Both the position numbers and the translations under genes were made by a program. A DNA stretch of 6,385 nucleotides from a virus, in IMG/VR virus record IMGVR_UViG_3300045988_073383, positions 1 to 6,385 of that record. The stretch is one strand, 5' to 3'. Under the pieces are notes generated by a model. That model was not told where the DNA came from. It was given only the letters and a program-made list of their open reading frames with translations, and did not search any database. Shown here in pieces: positions 1-3,854 of this stretch (position 1 is the stretch's first letter; every line of letters starts with the position of its first letter).

Positions 1-55
1 GAATATTATGAACAGGAATAGACATACGAGACAAATCCTGCAAATCAGCACTATC
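1..55. repeat. Terminal redundancy (left copy) marking a circular contig
   Basis: Bases 1-55 are identical to 6331-6385, and the capsid reading frame is continuous across the junction. Confidence 0.97.
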
Positions 56-976
56 ATCATCAAAACCAAGACCAGCAACCTTAGAAGCAGAAGGTTCGAC
101 AGTTGAATTAGTAATATTACCAATTTGAGCAGTCAAAGACTGAGGGAGCAAAGTAGAAATACCAGAATTAGCATAAACTTGCATACCGAAAGAACTCATA
201 TCAACATTACGAGTTACAAACGGAGCACCCTCAAACTGAGGTTGAACGGCAGTAAAATAATCTTTAGCCCAATTACGATAGCGAAGACGTAAAAAGGAAC
301 GAAGAGCATTTCTATCAGCAGAAGCAGTCGTAGAACCCGAAATCGAATGACCAAAGAAATTATCAAGACTAAATGATGATACATCAACAGCCTCATAATA
401 AGGGTTACGATAATAATCTGAATAAATCTTTTGATAACAAGCAAGACGAAAAACAGAAACTGCAAAATTCGTTGGGAGTTTAGAATAATCAAGAGAATCA
501 ACAGAAGTTATACCATAACCCAACAAATCAAGCAGACGAACGGCCTGAGTTTTAACATCGGAACCCATACCATCAAGATTTAAATCAGATTGTGTAGCTT
601 TATCCAAAGCCGTGGAAATGAACTTAAGAGTTGTAGATGGAAGCAAACCACTAAAACTATTTAAAGAATCTATAGAAGAAATAGGGTACTTAGTACCAAC
701 TACAAACTGATTGAACTGACGACACAAAACACGCATAGGCACAAAAAAGAACTCTATATGCTGACGCATACGGACAAAAGCGGCAGAGTTCAACGGCATA
801 GTACGTAGAAAAATTTGTGGGTTAATCTCATAATGCTCATTAGGAAGAACCTCAGTAGTAGAAATAGGCAACAACATGCCTGGAGCACAAGAAAAGACAT
901 CATTGTGCGACAAATCAAACGCATTTCTATCGAGATGCGCACGAGCTACATTCAAGTTAAATACATTTTCTTTCAT
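1..976 (-). CDS. VP1: Major capsid protein VP1 (F-like), N-terminal 325 codons. The gene continues across the circular junction into 5528..6330, for 1779 nt or 592 aa in total.
   Basis: Minus-strand ATG at 976-974 sits 2 nt after the Rep stop (TAATTATG). I translated this frame by hand from 976 to 1 and found no stop. The N-terminus reads MKENVFNLNVARAHLDRNAFDLSHNDVFSCAPGMLLPISTTEVLPNEHYEINPQIFLRTMPLNSAAFVRMRQHIEFFFVPMRVLC..., carrying the FDLSH and FFVP.R signatures typical of microvirus capsid proteins. Position 43 (= 6373) is in phase with the supplied ORF 5528..6373. The ORF track omits this part because it has no stop inside the window. Confidence 0.93.
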   Translation of the reverse strand, partial: MKENVFNLNVARAHLDRNAFDLSHNDVFSCAPGMLLPISTTEVLPNEHYEINPQIFLRTMPLNSAAFVRMRQHIEFFFVPMRVLCRQFNQFVVGTKYPISSIDSLNSFSGLLPSTTLKFISTALDKATQSDLNLDGMGSDVKTQAVRLLDLLGYGITSVDSLDYSKLPTNFAVSVFRLACYQKIYSDYYRNPYYEAVDVSSFSLDNFFGHSISGSTTASADRNALRSFLRLRYRNWAKDYFTAVQPQFEGAPFVTRNVDMSSFGMQVYANSGISTLLPQSLTAQIGNITNSTVEPSASKVAGLGFDDDSADLQDLSRMSIPVHNI

Positions 977-978
977 AA

Positions 979-2553
979 TTAATTACAATTAAATTTATAC
1001 AAATCATTAAATTTCTTCTTAAAATCGGATTCCTGAATCCGAGACATTAATTCATTCTGGGCATGAACCACAAACGGACTACGCTCAACTTGAACAAATA
1101 AATCAGAACGTAAAAAATGGTCCGGATAAATATCATCATACCCTAAACCAAAGCGAGCAAAAACATCATGCGGAAAACGATGAGGAGAGCAAGTCAAAGG
1201 CAGAACCTTATAGACATAAGGATAATAAGACAAAAGCTCAAATCCTGAAGCTCCATTACCTGAAACTAACTCCTGAGAGCGATAAAACGCATTGAGTAAG
1301 TACAACGAATAATCATTGTACATTCGACGCATATTTAAGCAAATATCCCTAACATGATGAAACCGAACATCAGTATAATAGTAATCTACAATACCAAACT
1401 CATTGCGATGCGGATAAGTAAAAGAAGTATTCAATAACCTCTTAACACACTTATACCAAAGATAGTCTTTATACTTGAAACTATATGGAGTAGAAAGATA
1501 CTCAATACCACGCAAAGGACACTCAATATAACGACCAGTAGAACGGTCTATGGCTTTGACGTAATTTCCTGAGTCATATTTTTTATATAACTGTAGTTCA
1601 TAATCAATATTACCTTCGCCATATCCGCAATACTTGCGGAAGTATCGAGATAAAACTTTGTTGGGAAACAAACCATAGGATACTTCGCAGGTTTTCGGGT
1701 CAACTCGAGGGCATTCAAAAGCTGAGTTAACGAAGCAGTCGAATATCTTCTTTTCATCAACTTTGAAAGAGCCCAGAGCTGGGCGTTTACTTGCCAGATG
1801 GAACGTGCGGGTAAGTCCAGTTTTGAGAACTGCTGGAAGACTAGCAAAGCCAGTAACATATTTCGCAACGTACTCAGGAGCGGCACCGCTGACGAGCTGA
1901 ACATCGCATCGCTCAGGACTACACATCGACCAAGACGAATATATAAGCCCTGGCATGATTCGGGCAAGTTCTTCATCATCAACATTGATGATGATGTGAT
2001 AATGTGGACGGAAAGTTGCGGGACCGTACTCTGAAGCGGCAAAGTAACGGATTTTTTGCCTTGAAATATTTTTGTTTTCATTTCTTGAAATTTTAATACG
2101 TAAACGCTTAAAAAACAACTGAATATCACGCTTATAACAGAAGCCAAAGCCTGTCTGATAAGGATTGTGTTCAGGTTCACGATACCATGAATCTTCTAAA
2201 TTGAAATCCAACTCAGGAAGTTCGAGACCATTCTGATCTAAAATAGGCTTATCACCACGAAACGCACGAAAATACACACCATCTTCAGAAGGATAGGCAT
2301 AATACATAGGCATGTGCTTATTGTCATAAGTGAGTGTTACAAAGAAATTCCATTTATGTGCAACGCACTCATCATTGATACGCTGCTGGAGGTCAATAGC
2401 ATAAGCATAACGACAAGCAGGGCAAGTACGACAAGGCACTATTACGTAATCATCTATATATTTATTATAGATGCGATTAGGATTCCAACAAGACATAGAA
2501 GACTTGGCATCACTAGCAGAACGTTGACCATAAACAGAATCTTTGATAAACAT
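979..2553 (-). CDS. VP4: Rolling-circle replication initiation protein (VP4 / gene A-like HUH endonuclease), 524 aa
   Basis: ATG at 2553-2551. The N-terminus is Cys-rich (VPCRTCPACR). RCR motif 1 is FFVTLTY (2326-2346), the HUH motif is HYH in RPHYHIIIN (1996-2004), and the catalytic Tyr motif is YVAKY (1858-1872). I checked all three at nucleotide level. Stop TAA at 981-979. Confidence 0.95.
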   Translation of the reverse strand: MFIKDSVYGQRSASDAKSSMSCWNPNRIYNKYIDDYVIVPCRTCPACRYAYAIDLQQRINDECVAHKWNFFVTLTYDNKHMPMYYAYPSEDGVYFRAFRGDKPILDQNGLELPELDFNLEDSWYREPEHNPYQTGFGFCYKRDIQLFFKRLRIKISRNENKNISRQKIRYFAASEYGPATFRPHYHIIINVDDEELARIMPGLIYSSWSMCSPERCDVQLVSGAAPEYVAKYVTGFASLPAVLKTGLTRTFHLASKRPALGSFKVDEKKIFDCFVNSAFECPRVDPKTCEVSYGLFPNKVLSRYFRKYCGYGEGNIDYELQLYKKYDSGNYVKAIDRSTGRYIECPLRGIEYLSTPYSFKYKDYLWYKCVKRLLNTSFTYPHRNEFGIVDYYYTDVRFHHVRDICLNMRRMYNDYSLYLLNAFYRSQELVSGNGASGFELLSYYPYVYKVLPLTCSPHRFPHDVFARFGLGYDDIYPDHFLRSDLFVQVERSPFVVHAQNELMSRIQESDFKKKFNDLYKFNCN

Positions 2554-2554
2554 A

Positions 2555-2746
2555 TTACTTCGTCTTTAAAAAACCATCATGATAAATAATGGTTGTATCA
2601 TTTGTAACAATAGATGTTTTGCCATAACCTTGAATCTGATGTGACGCAGAACAAGACGAAAGGGCACAAACACCAAAATAACTACCTAACAACGTAAGGG
2701 CATAAATCAGCACCTTAACGACAATCTTAATAATCTCCTTATTCAT
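2555..2746 (-). CDS. Small predicted lipoprotein or membrane protein, 63 aa, function unknown
   Basis: I prefer the internal ATG at 2746-2744 over the upstream start given in the ORF track. Product: MNKEIIKIVVKVLIYALTLLGSYFGVCALSSCSASHQIQGYGKTSIVTNDTTIIYHDGFLKTK. It has a basic n-region, a hydrophobic h-region and a lipobox-like L-S-S-C, leaving a mature peptide of about 31 aa. The ATG overlaps the stop of the upstream ORF (ATGAATAA), and its own stop is 1 nt from the Rep ATG (TAATATG), which argues for translational coupling. Confidence 0.6.
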   Translation of the reverse strand: MNKEIIKIVVKVLIYALTLLGSYFGVCALSSCSASHQIQGYGKTSIVTNDTTIIYHDGFLKTK

Positions 2747-2942
2747 AAGAAAACAAATTAATTGAAAATGTACACGGCATATTTTCAGGATGAGGAGTAA
2801 CAATATCAGCAAGACAACGAATATGAAACTCGTAGCCTAACTTAATATTTGCAGCAAGGAATTTATCTAAGAAATCTTGCTTAACATAAACAACTACACA
2901 CTCTACATCTTTTGTAAGTTCAACTTTATAATACTTAGCCAT
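2739..2942 (-). CDS. Hypothetical protein, 67 aa (MAKYYKVELTKDVECVVVYVKQDFLDKFLAANIKLGYEFHIRCLADIVTPHPENMPCTFSINLFSYE)
   Basis: ATG at 2942-2940; the start at 2966 in the ORF track is a TTG. It is the first ORF downstream of the promoter-like boxes, its composition is mixed rather than purely hydrophobic, and its stop overlaps the next gene's start. I recognise no motif. Confidence 0.5.
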   Translation of the reverse strand: MAKYYKVELTKDVECVVVYVKQDFLDKFLAANIKLGYEFHIRCLADIVTPHPENMPCTFSINLFSYE

Positions 2943-2962
2943 AAAATATATTTTTAAATGAA

Positions 2963-2998
2963 ACAATCAACCACAATCAGCGCAAAATCATCAAATCA
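2963..2998 (-). repeat. Phased short direct repeats (AATCA on the given strand, TGATT on the coding strand) in the putative 5' leader
   Basis: AATCA occurs at 2965-2969, 2975-2979, 2986-2990 and 2994-2998. The first two copies are ACAATCA exactly 10 nt apart. Confidence 0.3.
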
Positions 2999-3023
2999 AA
3001 TGCACCTCAGAGGATTTCGATTG

Positions 3024-3047
3024 CAAATATAACGAATTTCAAATATA
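3024..3047 (-). promoter_or_regulatory. Two copies of a Bacteroidetes-type -7 promoter box (TATATTTG = TAnnTTTG) upstream of the gene train
   Basis: On the minus strand TATATTTG occurs at 3047-3040 and at 3031-3024, about 80-100 nt upstream of the first ATG (2942). I could not find a well-spaced -33 TTTG. Confidence 0.45.
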
Positions 3048-3085
3048 AAGAACGTTATGGAAACAGATTTTAAGTTGCTTTCACA

Positions 3086-3103
3086 ATATTTCACGTGAAA
3101 TAT
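3086..3103. promoter_or_regulatory. Perfect 18-bp palindrome ATATTTCAC|GTGAAATAT centred on CACGTG; candidate operator or protein-binding site
   Basis: Bases 3086-3094 are the exact reverse complement of 3095-3103. A direct TTTCAC repeat lies just 5' on the given strand (3079-3084; palindrome copy 3089-3094). It sits about 40-60 nt upstream (coding sense) of the -7 boxes. Confidence 0.5.
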
Positions 3104-3311
3104 AACCTTAGAGATAGCAAAAGCAATAAAAGACTCAATCTTAAGAAGCTTGTGTCAGTAATCGGATATGAGACAAGAGAGGAGCAGCGTTTGACGGAAG
3201 CAAACGCCCTTACGGGATTACTGAAGACTATAAACCAGTTTGGCAGCTTGGAGTGTTTAAGACTCAACGGAAGAAATGCCCGAGCGGGGCGCGTCGACGA
3301 GTTGTCGCTGA

Positions 3312-3331
3312 CGATTTTCTAAGGAAAATCG
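3312..3331. repeat. Perfect 8-bp inverted repeat hairpin CGATTTTC-TAAG-GAAAATCG
   Basis: Read directly from the sequence. Confidence 0.85.
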
Positions 3332-3498
3332 CTTAACCGCGCCACTCGCAGCGCGCCTAATCCGCTCTCCCTAGGGTACTATATATAGCAGGCGATAACA
3401 GGCGATTAGGGGGCCTCTAACGAGGCGGCCCCCTATAACCCCTGCCCCGCTCGGACGCCGAGTGCGATTTTCATGGGGGTGTTACCCCCAAACCCCCA

Positions 3499-3526
3499 CT
3501 TCCTTTTGGCATTGCCCAAAAGGAAG
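3499..3526. repeat. Perfect 11-bp inverted repeat hairpin CTTCCTTTTGG-CATTGC-CCAAAAGGAAG
   Basis: Read directly from the sequence. It is the longest perfect local stem in the window. Confidence 0.9.
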
Positions 3527-3617
3527 CGAAAAGGCTAGTGTTTTTCATAGTATTGGTTGCCTAGCGGCTTGCGTTTATGTTGCTGGGCTATCGTATCTTA
3601 TTCTAAGATACTCGCGC

Positions 3618-3656
3618 ATAAAAAAGGCGCACACACGTGTAACACGCGCGCGCACC
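3618..3656 (-). terminator. Rho-independent terminator for the minus-strand transcription unit
   Basis: The minus-strand RNA reads GGUGCGCGCGCGUG-UUA-CACGUGUGUGCGCC followed by UUUUUU. The stem is 14 bp (3643-3656 with 3626-3639), made of 10 Watson-Crick pairs and 4 G.U pairs. On the given strand those four positions are A.C mismatches, so the structure is strand-specific. It starts 4 nt after the stop of ORF 3660..3854. Confidence 0.65.
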
Positions 3657-3659
3657 TAA

Positions 3660-3854
3660 TTAAAAAGAGTGAGCTTCATAATTAATATAAAGCAAAATAC
3701 TAACCAACAAAAAACATAAAAAGGCTAATAACAGCACTACTAAACAACTTTTAAAATATATATGATCCATATAGCTATAACAACTATGAAACCAACATAT
3801 TGTATTATTTAAATTTAAAAGGGCTAACATGATTAGTATATTCCCCAAAACCAT
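3660..3854 (-). CDS. Possible small membrane peptide (64 aa from ATG 3854; alternative ATGs at 3830 and 3770 give 56 and 36 aa)
   Basis: It contains a strongly hydrophobic segment (CLVVLLLAFLCFLLVSILLYI). It begins in the +1 frame of the VP2 3' end, then stays open for about 48 codons through otherwise non-coding AT-rich sequence and stops right before the terminator. Caveat: +1-frame hydrophobic ORFs are a compositional artefact elsewhere in this genome. Confidence 0.3.
   Translation of the reverse strand: MVLGNILIMLALLNLNNTICWFHSCYSYMDHIYFKSCLVVLLLAFLCFLLVSILLYINYEAHSF

Larger units (their letters stand above)
3279..3617. other. GC-rich, stem-loop-dense non-coding island. It could be a structured ssDNA or RNA element, an origin or an acquired insert; function unknown.
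   Basis: My hand count for 3281-3660 is 206/380 G+C (about 54%), against about 35% in a sampled coding line. Local stems: 3312-3319/3324-3331 (8 bp); 3408-3413/3429-3434 plus 3414-3417/3422-3425; 3475-3480/3484-3489; 3499-3509/3516-3526 (11 bp); 3593-3600/3604-3611 (8 bp). Long-range pairing: 3280-3290/3444-3454 (11 bp). There is no ATG-initiated ORF of 60 aa or more on either strand. Confidence 0.6.

Noticed and set aside
1-55. Terminal direct repeat as a biological DTR, LTR or transposon end
   Set aside because: It is an exact 55-nt overlap with a protein-coding frame running continuously across it, which is the signature of a circular contig from k-mer assembly.
214-501. Hydrophobic minus-strand ORFs nested in real genes: 214..501, 5224..5430, 5596..5799, 5935..6120 and 6163..6381
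   Set aside because: All lie in the +1 frame of VP1 or the VP3-like gene. They consist almost entirely of Leu, Ile, Phe and Val, as expected from T-rich sequence, and the +1 frame is depleted of stops because third codon positions are T-biased. I read them as compositional artefacts.
2747-2966. Longer N-terminal extensions given in the ORF track: 2555..2812 (85 aa) and 2739..2966 (75 aa)
   Set aside because: The start at 2966 is TTG. The extension of the 85-aa version is a +1-frame overlap with the upstream ORF and adds only LILLLLILK-type sequence. Internal ATGs at 2746 and 2942 give sensible proteins and classic stop/start overlaps.
3130-3267. 9-nt direct repeat AAGACTCAA at 3130-3138 and 3259-3267 as possible target-site duplication or element ends
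   Set aside because: Many 9-mer repeats are expected by chance in about 6.4 kb. The repeats do not flank the GC island and no terminal inverted repeats accompany them.
3095-3322. Plus-strand ORFs in the non-coding region: 3095..3322 (75 aa) and 3462..3659 (65 aa)
   Set aside because: Both start at GTG with no ATG. They run straight through perfect hairpins and G/C tracts, and their products are odd (Cys/Arg/Thr-rich) with no motif. Nucleic-acid structure explains this sequence better than coding does.
3308-3335. Hammerhead-like CUGACGA ... GAAA on the given strand
   Set aside because: CTGACGA fits CUGANGA. However, the following sequence forms a perfect 8-bp hairpin that absorbs part of that box and the GAAA, leaving no proper stem II/III arrangement. 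I could build no three-way junction.
3321-3350. Resemblance to cobalamin riboswitch core (GGAAAATCGC ... CCGCGCCACTCG against GGTGAAAATCC ... CCCGCCACTG)
   Set aside because: The match is only partial, and the GAAAATCG segment is the 3' arm of a perfect local hairpin. The AGGGAA element is not evident, and there is no downstream gene for it to regulate. A covariance-model scan would settle it.
3548-3556. CRESS-virus-like nonanucleotide TAGTATTGG (compare TAGTATTAC) inside a possible loop flanked by GCTAG/CTAGC
   Set aside because: The flanking stem is only 5 bp with a 22-nt loop. The last two bases differ from the nonamer consensus, it is on the non-viral strand, and microvirus Reps are not known to use that motif.
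3612-3640. dif/Xer-like site (CTCGCGCATAA against the E. coli XerC arm GGTGCGCATAA), with TTATGTT heptamers at 3575-3581 and on the minus strand near 3713-3719
   Set aside because: Only one arm matches in each case, and the opposing arm at the correct 6-nt spacing does not resemble a XerD or XerC arm. The GCGCATAA segment lies at the 3' edge of the terminator U-tract. Xer-mediated integration remains only a general hypothesis for the island.
3279-3660. CRISPR array, solitary CRISPR repeat or tRNA in the GC-rich island
   Set aside because: There are no regularly spaced repeats of 24-40 nt. The hairpins all differ in sequence, I found no T-loop (GTTCGAAT-like) or cloverleaf, and the only direct repeat is a 10-nt tandem CAGGCGAT(A/T).
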